Assembly: GCF_036321535.1 (NCBI RefSeq)
Contig: NC_087457.1
Coordinates: 31,930,001 to 31,994,000, forward strand
Origin: Camelus dromedarius
Taxonomy: Eukaryota
DNA: 64,000 nucleotides
Direction: 5' to 3'
Both the position numbers and the translations under genes were made by a program. The notes under the pieces are model-generated. The model had not been told where the DNA came from. It worked only from the letters and a program-made list of their open reading frames with translations, and did not search any database. This document shows, in pieces, positions 1 through 9,720 of the stretch. How positions within the stretch are numbered: position 1 is the stretch's first letter; every line of letters begins with the position of its first letter.

Positions 1-386
1 GTCCAGCAAATGGAAACAAGCATTTTTAAATACCCTCTTGTAGAGACTGTACACGGTTGGTGTTTTGCAGGAACTTCCATGGCTAAATGGGTTCCAATTA
101 GTTTTGGAGGGTGGACCGCAAGTTAGCGACGCCTCCTCCCACTGACAGGATTCTGCTTATTGGAAGCTCCTGATAAAACCACTGCCATTTCCCCTACTGG
201 CATATTCTTGCCGGATATGCAAGTAAGAGTGTAAAATCAAAGAAACTGAGAGAAAATGGCATCTGAAAAGTACTCTGCGTGGCCACATTGGTTGGAAGAG
301 TATGTGAATGATTCCCTCACACAGAAAGGGACTGAGGCAAGCCGGGGAGACGCAGGGGGGAGAAGAGTGGGACCAGGAGGGCTCAC

Positions 387-1687
387 CCCCACACAGCCAC
401 AGGGCTCCGACGCTTCCTTCCCGCGCTGCTGCGGCTGGGGTCCCTGGGGAAATCGCTGGAGGGGCTTCCTCTGCTGCTCTTGTCTGCAGAGCAAACCATG
501 TTCAGTGGCAGAAACCCACATTCCTCATCACAGTTGGGACAGACAACCCTGTGGCCCAGCCCTTTCCCAGTTTGGGGGTGACCCAGGGAGGGGACCCCGT
601 GCCTTGTGAAGACTGCCCCCTGCCTCATCTCTGTCCTCCCCCAACTCCAAGGGTCCCGCCAGGTTGTCCCAGGAGATCCTTTCTGTTCGTCTCTCCTGCT
701 TTGTGTCTCCCTGTGCAAAGCTGCAGGTGTGCTCCACGCCCTTAGTGACCTCAGGGCGCGGAATGAACCCCTGAGTGTGGCCCCGAGGAGGCAGCTCCTT
801 CCTCTGTCTCTCCAGGCTCTCTGTCTTTGCCTGGAGATGGCTCAGCACAGCGCAGAGGAAGAGCGGGACAGACTCCAATGTTTTCAGCCAGAGACGGGCC
901 ACCCCCCCCCCCCACACTGCTCACCTTGGCCTTTGACCCTCCTCCCTCGCGGCCGTGCTCGAGGTCCGCGGGGTCCACAGGCCCTGCAGCTTCCGTGGCT
1001 CCAGGTTCTCTTTCCCGCGTGTGGAGCCCAGGGGCTGGGGGGCTTGGGCCCCTTGCCAGCGCTTCATGGGGCACCTGAGGCTGCTTGCTCTGTGCCCAAA
1101 GGCTCCGCAGTCCTTGCACTTCACCTGTGGGTGGAGGAGAGGACGGTCAGCGCGTCCGCAGGAGTGACAGGCACGTTTCAGAAGTGCACATCAGGGCTCA
1201 GGGAGCTGAGCGCCGCTTCTGGAGAAAGGACAGCGCGCACGCCTCCCAGGTGCCGGGACACTCACGACCCCGTGGGGCAGCCTGAGCCTTAGTTAGGGAG
1301 CATCCAAGGGGGGAGGCCTGGAGGCCTAAGTGTGAACAGAAGGGCCCAGATGGAAACTCCTGGGAAAATACAGACTGGACAGGATATAGGTAGGAGCGGG
1401 GTGCTTCGTCCCAGGCTCCGAATGGCCCAGTCTGCCTGGGGGTGAGGCCCCGGGGCAGCTGGCTGTGGGTGGAATGGACAGGCGAGTCGTGGACCCAGAG
1501 CGGTCCAGGTCCACACCCTGTCTCTGGAGGCCGTGCCCTCCCTGCCGCCGCGCAGGCGCAGGCTTCCACTTACGCGGCAGTCCTCGCCCTGTGGCGGGGG
1601 CGGCGTCTCCTGCACCGGCTGGTACTTCTTCACTTCCTGGGCTTGAAAGGGTGTGCAAGGCCCACGCTGTGCGTGCCGACTGGCCAT
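387..1687 (-). CDS. FAM90A: FAM90A-family protein, 5' part. Coding exons 1687-1574, 1124-925, 483-387 (137 aa in window); last exon lies beyond the left edge
   Basis: Spliced frame MASRHAQ...PPPPQGEDCR|VKCKDCGAFGHRASSLRCPMKRW...GKENLEP...RPR|QEQQRKPLQRFP...EPCGCVG matches the FAM90A zinc-knuckle exon (KCKxCGAFGHxxxSxRCPMK) and its exon phases (0,2,0). All introns are GT-AG. An acceptor at 1736 precedes the ATG, implying upstream non-coding exon(s). Confidence 0.85.
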
Positions 1688-2039
1688 CTCCACACCTCCC
1701 TGGGGCCTCAAGTCAGTTGGAACCCTTGGTTTCCTCTGTAAAAGAAAGAGAAACCTTCATATCCAACCAGAAGCTCAAGCGGCTCAAACCCCCTCCTCCC
1801 CAAATGAGGGTCTGAGGACACCTTGCCCAGTAAGCGAATCCAGGTTTCTGCCGATTCGATTTCTCCCCCCGCACACTTCCCCGTTCTCTCATGATGATCG
1901 CCCTTCAGACCAGGACTCTGACTTCGTTAGCCCTTCCAGGCAGAGCTGTGGATTTAAATTTGCATCCTTGAAAGAGTAATTTTAGAGTCTTTGGCCATTT
2001 GTATCGCAATGCAGTCTAATAGAAAGGATTAACACAACA

Positions 2040-2390
2040 TTTTCCCACACATCCACAAATTGTGCCATGAAGGGTGACATTTAGTCTTGGGCACACACAT
2101 TTGAAAACCAAATATAAGTATGCTGACTTCTTAAAAACTGGACTTTCCCATTTGCCATCAGAGGAGGCAATTTTCAAATACAAATTCACTTAAGAAAGAT
2201 ATTTTCTTCTCTACTAGACTTGAAGTTTCACAGCTGGGGTGAAAGATTTTCTGAATCTTTCAATTTCAGTGGCTCACTTTTGCCTAGTTAATAATGTGAA
2301 ACACATGTTTCAACTAAGAATGAACAAAAAGTACTTTTTTAGGCTTTCGGTGCCTATAGACAATTCCACCAAGTTTTCAAAACGGCTCAC
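2040..2390. repeat. FAM90A-upstream element, copy A
   Basis: Direct similarity to 5670-6010 (e.g. cacacatttgaaaaccaaa...tttcccatttg.catcagaggagg.ca.ttttcaaat) and inverted similarity to 12690-12990. Confidence 0.75.
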
Positions 2391-2539
2391 CCAGTGGCCC
2401 ACGTTAATCAGATTGCTCCAGTGTGTTTCCTAGAATTTGAATCTTCCCCTAATAGCATCCAGAAGGATGTGTGCTACCACCCTGCCTTCTAAGAATTCAG
2501 ACTGAAATAAATGATCTAGATCAAGTGATCACTAACTGG

Positions 2540-3100
2540 CACCAGACCTAAAACTCAAGCCAAAATGGATTAAAAATGCAAAGCTAAGACTTGAAACTAA
2601 AACTCCCAGAAGAAAGCAGAGGCCGGCTGCTCCCCGAAACAGTTCCCAGACAATGGGAAAATGGGTGCGGAAAATAGTGTCCCTACTCAAGGGAAATCTA
2701 ATCAGCCAGAAAGAAGTGGAAATCTTTTTATCTTCCACAACGTGGATGGGCCTTATTGTGATTAGGTTAGTGAGGTAAGTCAGTCATGGAAGAAAAATAC
2801 CAAAAGATTTCACTCTTACATAGAATAATACTAAGAACAAACAGCAGAAAATAAACCAAAAAATCAAGAACAAACCAAAGAACAGAGGCAAACGCACAGA
2901 CACACAGACCAGAGTCGCAGCTACCAGAGTTCAGGGGCAAAGGCGCCAGGGTAAAGGTGTTTGGATGTGTGGTGACAGAGGACAAGGAAAATTGTGGCGA
3001 CCGTGTGAATGCTGTACGAAGTGTGAAATGTAAAAGTGTACAAGTGAAACTTACCGAATATTAACTCCCAGTGATACCTCTATTAAAGAAAACCATAAAA
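2540..3100 (+). mobile_element. Old L1 3' fragment (ORF2 end plus 3' UTR), first L1 tail of the array
   Basis: Degenerate L1-like motifs (gatttcactc..., gttgtac/gtgaaac...tattaaag A-rich end). Confidence 0.55.
2759..2769 (-). promoter_or_regulatory. DUX-type double-homeodomain motif TAACCTAATCA
   Basis: Plus strand TGATTAGGTTA is an exact match to the DUX4 consensus TAAYBBAATCA, ~1.07 kb upstream of the FAM90A ATG. Motif match only. Confidence 0.35.
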
Positions 3101-5350
3101 TTAAAGAAACGTTACTCTGTTTGCAAGCCAAACCACAACATATCTTCAGTTGGTCTTTTTTTCCAAGAGATATGCTGAACACCAAATTTAAGGCAAGCTA
3201 TCCTAAAACCCAGCTGTGCACGTCCCATCTGCCAGCAGATTATCAGAGAGACGGGGGCTGGAATAGCCCCGGAAGAGGGGCAGCTTTGAGGTGGCTGAAG
3301 AAGGCCAGTGGGGGAACTGCCCTTTCCTGGCTAACTTGGCTGCCTCTCCAAAGTCAGATGGCCTGTTCAGCTTTGCTTAACCAGTCCGTGTCATGTATCA
3401 CCTTTAGTCAAACCATGTCCTGAAGATACGTTTAGAAAAGATAAACACCTTAGACTTTACTCATGTGGGACACACAACACACACACAAAAAGCAAACAGT
3501 AAAAAAGAAAAAAAGGAAGAAAGCAAGTGACACAAAGCAAACACATATATTCACAGGGGTGTCGGGGGAGCAGAAAGGGGCGTTTGAGTGAAATGGATCA
3601 ACAGGGTGGTAACAGAAAAAAAAGCAAGTTTTTGGTGCTGAGCAGTTTTATGGTATACTGGAGTTGAAATATATTATTATATACTTAAAACTAATATTGT
3701 AGCCAAATGATACCCTAGGAAAAATAATTCAATTTTAAAAATCAAAGAACCCATGCCCCATTGCTTATACGTCACTACATGTTTTGTTTACTGTCCTATT
3801 TCCCTGAGGGATAAGCTGAACCCCAAATTTCAGTCAAACAATCTGAAATCCATCTGGGTACCTTCTGTCAGTAGTTTCTCAGAAAGGTGGGTGCTGGACA
3901 CACGCCACTGGGCAAGATGCAGATGTGAAGGTGGCTGAGTCAACGGGTGAGTTTCCCTTCCCCCACTGACTGTTATCCTGATCCAGGGTCACGTGACCTT
4001 GTTAAGTTTTCCTGAACCAATCAGTGTCATGTATCACCTCTGATCTAACTGTCTTGTTTGAAGACACCTTTAGAATACACAGGTGCCTAATAGCTTCACT
4101 CATGTGTGGAACACAAAATAGAAAAAGACAAAAGGTAAGTTTTAAAAATTTAAGAGGAAAGCAAATGACACAAAAACAAGCACATACATTCACAGAACAC
4201 AGTAGCGGAGACCAAAGGGGAAGTGGCGGGGAACGCGCCAGCAGGTGAAATGGGTCAGCTGTATAGTAACTGAGGGAAACGGAGTTTTTGGTGCTGATCG
4301 GATGTACGGTACACAGCAGTTGAAGTAGATTGTTGTGCACATAAAGATTGTCTAATATTAGAAGCAAATGATACCTCAGTAAAAGAAATAAAACAGTAAA
4401 GAAATGGAAGATTCCATGCCCCAGTGCCTGACGTCACTTCAGTATATATTTTGTTTACTGTCCTGTTTCTCTGAGGGATAAGCTGAACTGCAACTTTTCA
4501 GCAAACCAACCTGAAATCCAGCTGTGTTCCCGCTGGCCAGACTCCACTGGAAGAGATGCAGCTCCCAGGGTGGCTGCGGAAGGGTCTGTGGGGAAGTGTC
4601 CCTTTCCTCCCTGACTTTTATACTGATCCAGATCACGTGACCTTGTTAAGCCTTTCTTATCCAATCACGGTCACCTGTCAACTTTCCTCTAACCATGTCT
4701 TCAAGACGCGTTTAGGAAAGTCAACTATACTATGATTCCACTCGTATGAGGAACACAAAATACAAACAAACAAAAAAAGCCAAAAAATTGAGGAAAGCAA
4801 ATGACACAAAAACAAACACGGAGATAAACAGAAACAGTAGTGGCTACCCAAGGGGAAAGGTGGGGGCAGGGCCCAGTGGGCAGAATGTGTCAACGGTTGG
4901 TAACAGAGAGAAATTAAGTTTTTGGTGCTAGCCGTTGCCTGCTACACAGGAGTGGAGCTGTATAGTTCCAATTGTTTACTGTGCACGTAAAACTTATCTA
5001 ATATTATAACGGAGTGATACCTAAGTAAAAAATAATAATAATAATTAATTCTTTTAAATGAAAGTGTCCACACCCTGTTGTGAAAAGCCACATCACTGTA
5101 TATTTTGACTACTATCCTATTACTCTAAGGAAGAAACTGAACATCAAATCCAGCTGGGTACCTCCTGTCTGTCCATAGGTTGTCAGAAAGGTGGGTTCTG
5201 GACACACTCTGCAGGATCAGATGAGCTTCCAAGGGGCCTAAAGAAGGGCCAGTGGAGAGGTGGCCTTTTCCCCACTGACTTTTATTCACGTGACCCGGTT
5301 AAGGCATCCACCCCCAAGGAAATGTCTGTCACCTTTGTTCTCACTCTGTC
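2800..5350. repeat. Diverged tandem array, ~650-bp period, about 4 units (L1 3' tail plus ~300-bp non-L1 segment)
   Basis: Anchor gata(a/t)gctgaac recurs at ~3167, ~3808, ~4475, with gaaactgaac at ~5129. L1-like tails at ~2800-3100, 3440-3740, 4090-4400 and 4730-5050. Confidence 0.8.
3987..4021. promoter_or_regulatory. Palindromic E-box/CLEAR-type site GGTCACGTGACC plus CCAAT within an array unit
   Basis: 12-bp palindrome at 3987-3998 and CCAAT at 4017-4021. TCACGTGAC recurs at 4633 and 5286, CCAAT at 4661. Confidence 0.35.
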
Positions 5351-5669
5351 TCAGGAGAAGGACTGTACTTTGGAATTTAGCATTTTCATTATTTTACACT
5401 TTTTGAGAGACACCTGCACATACTTTTAAGAGTCTGTCTTTTCCAAAAGAAAAATCAGCATTTTTCCTTATGCCCATTACTTTCTGAACTCACAATTCTT
5501 GTTGTGGTAAAATATACGTAAGATAAAATTTACAGTTTAAGCACGTTAAATTGTCAAGTCCTGTGGCCTCAAGTATATTCATACTGTCCGGCAGCCATCC
5601 ACATCTTCCACGGCTTGAGCTTGACCCTCCCCACTGAGTCTCCGCAGACGGGAAAAAGAGAGACAGCCT

Positions 5670-6010
5670 TTTCCCACACACGCAGCTGTCTCTATGCTAT
5701 GGGAAGGCTACGGTGCGTATTGTGGTACACACATTTGAAAACCAAAAGGAAAGTCTGCTTGCTTCTTGAAATTTGACTTTCCCATTTGACATCAGAGGAG
5801 GCCATTTTCAAATGCAAATTTACTTAGGAAAAATATATCTCTTCCCCTAGACTGGAGGCTTCACAGCTGAGCATCTGTTTTATTTATATCTTTTATCTTT
5901 GGCGTGCAATTTTATATAGTTTATAATACTGTGAAATAAAGAGGTTTCAGCGAAGAATGAACACATAAATGGTTGAGGCTTCAGTGCCTATAGAAATCCC
6001 CACCAGAACC
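5670..6010. repeat. FAM90A-upstream element, copy B
   Basis: Direct repeat of 2040-2390, offset ~3.63 kb. Confidence 0.75.
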
Positions 6011-7050
6011 TCACATTTGCCATTATCCTTCTTCCCTGGGCCATCTGAACAATGATTTTTCTCCTGAACGTAAGAGATTGACCAGTTTTTCCTTTCTTTA
6101 TCTGAATGTATTCTCACAAGTGAAAAGTGTATTTTTTAAGTAATACATGATTTTAGTTTAAACTAATGAAAAAATAAATGTTCACTGTTGTTAGGCATAT
6201 GGGAGAGAGGTGCCTGGTTTCTCACATGAAACTTCAAAAATACAGGAAAACTTCATTTTCATTTCAATACTGTCATTCATACCTTAAATAGTTTATAATG
6301 TGACATATGTGAGTGTTTCCTTTTCTACTTTCTTTTGAAATTCTGCAGTTCACACTGGCTCGATTTTGGAAAGACCAAATCCCACATGGTCTTTTTGCTG
6401 AAATTTCCCAAAGACTATTCCAAATAAAGACTCTCCTTGTGTGTCCTTAACAAATATCAGTTTACCCAACATTCTCCCTGTACTGATGGTAATCGTCTTG
6501 ACTGAGATGGATTAATTGTGGAAGAGAGCTTCTCCTTAGGCAGGGAACAGAAGCGCCCCTGGGGTTCACGCGGAGGGGGTCGAGCCCTAACCACTGCTGC
6601 TCCAGGGCTCCAGCACTGAGGTCACGTCCCCCGAATCCAGCTCCATCCTCTCAGACCTGCAGGGAAGCAGACATACAGAAAGGAGTCAGGACTGTGAAGT
6701 TTGACAGTCAAGGCTCCTGCAACTCTGAATCCTCCTGTTTAGATTTCTGCAGCCCTCTCAGTGTTTACACACAAATCCAGGGATAGCATTTTGCAGGTGT
6801 AAACCACCCAGCCACCAACTGACTTTCTCCATCACACCTTCTGTGCTCAGGTTTATACCTGGCGGATGTCTGAGTAACCAAGGCTTCTCCATCACATCTC
6901 TGAATCTCAGTGTCCTTGGCTTCAAATTAGATCCAGTGAAAGCTGAGGAGTAAAAAAAATAGAACAGAGTGACAACCTATGGAATGGGAGAAAATTTTTG
7001 CAAATGAAACCGACAAAGGCTTGATCTCCAGAATATATAAGCAGCTCATA

Positions 7051-7246
7051 NNNNNNNNNNNNNNNNNNNNNNNNNNNNNNNNNNNNNNNNNNNNNNNNNN
7101 NNNNNNNNNNNNNNNNNNNNNNNNNNNNNNNNNNNNNNNNNNNNNNNNNNNNNNNNNNNNNNNNNNNNNNNNNNNNNNNNNNNNNNNNNNNNNNNNNNNN
7201 NNNNNNNNNNNNNNNNNNNNNNNNNNNNNNNNNNNNNNNNNNNNNN
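7051..7246. other. N-run (196 nt) inside L1
   Basis: Seen directly. Confidence 0.99.
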
Positions 7247-7615
7247 GTCCACAAATGACAAATGCTGGAGAGGCTGTGGAGAAAAGGGAACCTCCTACAC
7301 TGCTGGTGGGAATGCAGTTTGGTGCAGCCACTGTGGAAAACAGTATGGAGATTCCTCAAAAGACTAGGAGTAGACTTACCATATGACCCAGGAATCCCGC
7401 TCCTGGGCATATATCCAGAAGGAACCCTACTTCAAAAAGACACCTGCACCCCAGTGTTCATAGTAGCTCTATTTACAATAGCTAAGACATGGAAGCAGCC
7501 TAGATGTGCATCAACAGATGACTGGATAAAGAAGTGGTATATTTATACAATGGAATACTATTCAGCCATAAAAAATGACAACAGAATGCCACTTGCAGCA
7601 ACATGGATGTTCCTG

Positions 7616-7750
7616 NNNNNNNNNNNNNNNNNNNNNNNNNNNNNNNNNNNNNNNNNNNNNNNNNNNNNNNNNNNNNNNNNNNNNNNNNNNNNNNNNNNNN
7701 NNNNNNNNNNNNNNNNNNNNNNNNNNNNNNNNNNNNNNNNNNNNNNNNNN
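7616..7750. other. N-run (135 nt) inside L1
   Basis: Seen directly. Confidence 0.99.
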
Positions 7751-8187
7751 TAGACATAGAATACAAACTTGTGGATGCCAAGGGTGCGGGGGGTGGGAAG
7801 GGACAGACTGGGATTTCAAAATGTAGAATAGATAAACAAGATTATACTGTGTAGCACAGGGAAATATATAAAGGATCTTGTGGTAGCTCACAGCGAAAAA
7901 CAATGTGACAATGAATGTATGTATGTTCATGTATAACTGAAACATTGTGCTCTACACTGGAATTTGACACAACATTGTAAAATGACTATAACTCAATTTA
8001 AAAAATGTTAAAAAAAAAAAAAAAAAGATGTCGGCTCTAAAATGGACAGTTGTTACACAAATCAGGACAGTTATCGCTGTGGGGACATGAAAGCCCAGAG
8101 CTGCCAGCTCTTCCAGTTTTCTCAAGAGAAGTTGGAACTCTGGATTTGTTTCTTTTTAGGAGGTGGAGTGGAGGGGAGGTAACTGGG

Positions 8188-8278
8188 TTTGTTTGTTTGT
8201 TTAATGGAGGTGCTGGGGATTGGACCCGGGGCCTCGTGCGTGCTGAGCACGCTCTCTACCCCTGAGCTGTACTCTCCC
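8188..8278 (-). mobile_element. tRNA-derived SINE, camelid Vic-1-like
   Basis: Reverse strand gggagagtacagctcaggggtagag...gggtccaatccccagcacctccatt(aaac)n, with A/B-box-like motifs and an A-rich tail. Confidence 0.8.
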
Positions 8279-9304
8279 TGCTGCATTTGTTTCTTAATAT
8301 GAAGTTTCTCCAGTTTTAAATATGGCAGCGAATTAGAAATGTAAAAAGCTGGGCCTCCGCTTGGCCCCTTCTCACCTGCAGTTTTTATCTGAACTTGGGA
8401 TTTGTACCGCACTCTCAAAATACCATGTCGTCTCTTCTGAGTTTCCTCCCTCACTCTTTTACTACCAAGCCCATTTATTATAAGCAAAAAATAAATATAA
8501 CATTCACCAAACATTAAAAAAAAAAAAAAAAAGAACAGTGCATGCGAGGATACTTCCTTAGGTTTCCTTTACTGTTATTACAATGGAAAAAGGTTTCCCA
8601 GACATTCATTCAAAAAGCTTCTTGAATAAAAGTCTAGCCAATTAATCGAAGAGAAAGTGTAGCTTGTCTAATCACAATGATAGCATCAGATTTTGAACAG
8701 GGCCTCCAAGAGGACCTGATGAGGACCTGGTCTCTCGCTGGAATATGGCACAGTGTGTGTAAGAGAACCAGGGATGCTCAGCCTGGCGGCTCAGAGGAGA
8801 AACAGAGGTAGCACATAAAATCTGGCTAAATAGAACCCAGGATTTGGCATAGGTACGCTTATTGGGGTGATGTATTAACAGGGGGGAAAAAAGGCTATAC
8901 AACAAAAATAAAACCAGACACAGGATTTATGTTGTTAGCCTTTTTACACCTTCACCCAGGTAGACAAACATACTTTTAAATACCTTCATGCTCATTATAA
9001 ATACAAAACAAAATAGACTGAGATCTGAAAGTTTAGGAGCAAAAGCATTGGATAGTAATTTTTTAAATTACAGTTCTACATAAACTCTGGTTTGTAACTA
9101 ACTGAAGAGTTCTGCTTACAAAACATGGGAGCTTGCTTTGGAAAATTAGCATACAGATCATGAAGAAGTGAATGTCCCACACCAACCGGAATCACTTGAT
9201 AAGACTCTGGAAGCCAGTGGCTAAAATCTGTCAGGAGGCTAAAATATTTGTTTTTCCTTTGGGTGGAGGTGGCCTGAAGGGCAAAAATCTTTTTAACAAG
9301 TTTC

Positions 9305-9390
9305 TTATGAAATGAATTGTGTTCCCCCACCCCCAAATTCACAGGTTGAAGTTTTAAACCACCTGATGAAGGTATCTGGGGAGGCTAAGG
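9305..9390 (+). mobile_element. MaLR (MLT1-like) LTR fragment upstream of USP17
   Basis: tgaattgtgttccccc...caaattcacaggttgaagttttaaacc resembles the recalled MLT1 5' end. Confidence 0.4.
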
Positions 9391-9424
9391 CAAGTGTCGC
9401 CTTCAGGCCGACTCATTACCATTC

Positions 9425-9608
9425 TAATCCTATCAAAGGTGTTTTCCAGTCTTTTGTAAACAGAAATCCTTGAAAGGTGACCATTGTTCTAACCCGGGGG
9501 TTGAGATGACCACGCCCTCAGTCCTTAATCCAATTAAGCGCTTGCAGCGGATTGGTGGATCTCCCGCCAGTGGGGGCGGGGTGGGGGCGCGGGTGGTGGG
9601 CTATAAAA
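9425..9608 (+). promoter_or_regulatory. USP17 promoter: homeodomain dimer sites, inverted CCAAT, GC boxes, TATA
   Basis: TAATCCTATCA 9425-9435, TAATCCAATTA 9526-9536, ATTGG ~9551, GGGGCGGGG ~9573, TATAAAA 9602-9608; ATG in strong Kozak context (gacATGG) at 9721. Confidence 0.7.
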
Positions 9609-9720
9609 GGGCTGGTGGGCTGGCCCAGGCTGGCCCTCGCTGTCTGCCCCGGGGATAGAAGCATCGCTGTGCAGCTTGAGCTCCCAGACGCAAAACCCTG
9701 TAGACATTATTCACAGCGAC

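Larger units (their letters stand above)
6955..8026 (+). mobile_element. Young 5'-truncated L1 (ORF2 C-terminus, 3' UTR, poly-A), partly N-masked
   Basis: EWEKIFANETDKGLISRIYKQLI and [13 protein letters not shown]...[12 protein letters not shown]...DTCTPVFIVALFTIAKTWKQP...EYYSAIK are L1 ORF2 motifs; A-tail at 8010-8026. Confidence 0.95.

Noticed and set aside
6466-6656. Possible minus-strand non-coding exon (strong acceptor at 6657, donor at 6465) of FAM90A
   Set aside because: Splice-like motifs only; no homology or other support.
6922-7945. Long ORFs containing X runs
   Set aside because: Artefacts of N-runs inside an L1.
8188-8278. tRNA-like sequences (also 40381, 49970, 54937) as tRNA genes
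   Set aside because: No credible acceptor or anticodon stems; dispersed diverged copies with tails or a TSD indicate SINEs.
9676-9720. 15-aa N-terminal extension of USP17 in the ORF track
   Set aside because: It starts at TTG. The ATG at 9721 has a strong Kozak context and matches the family N-terminus.
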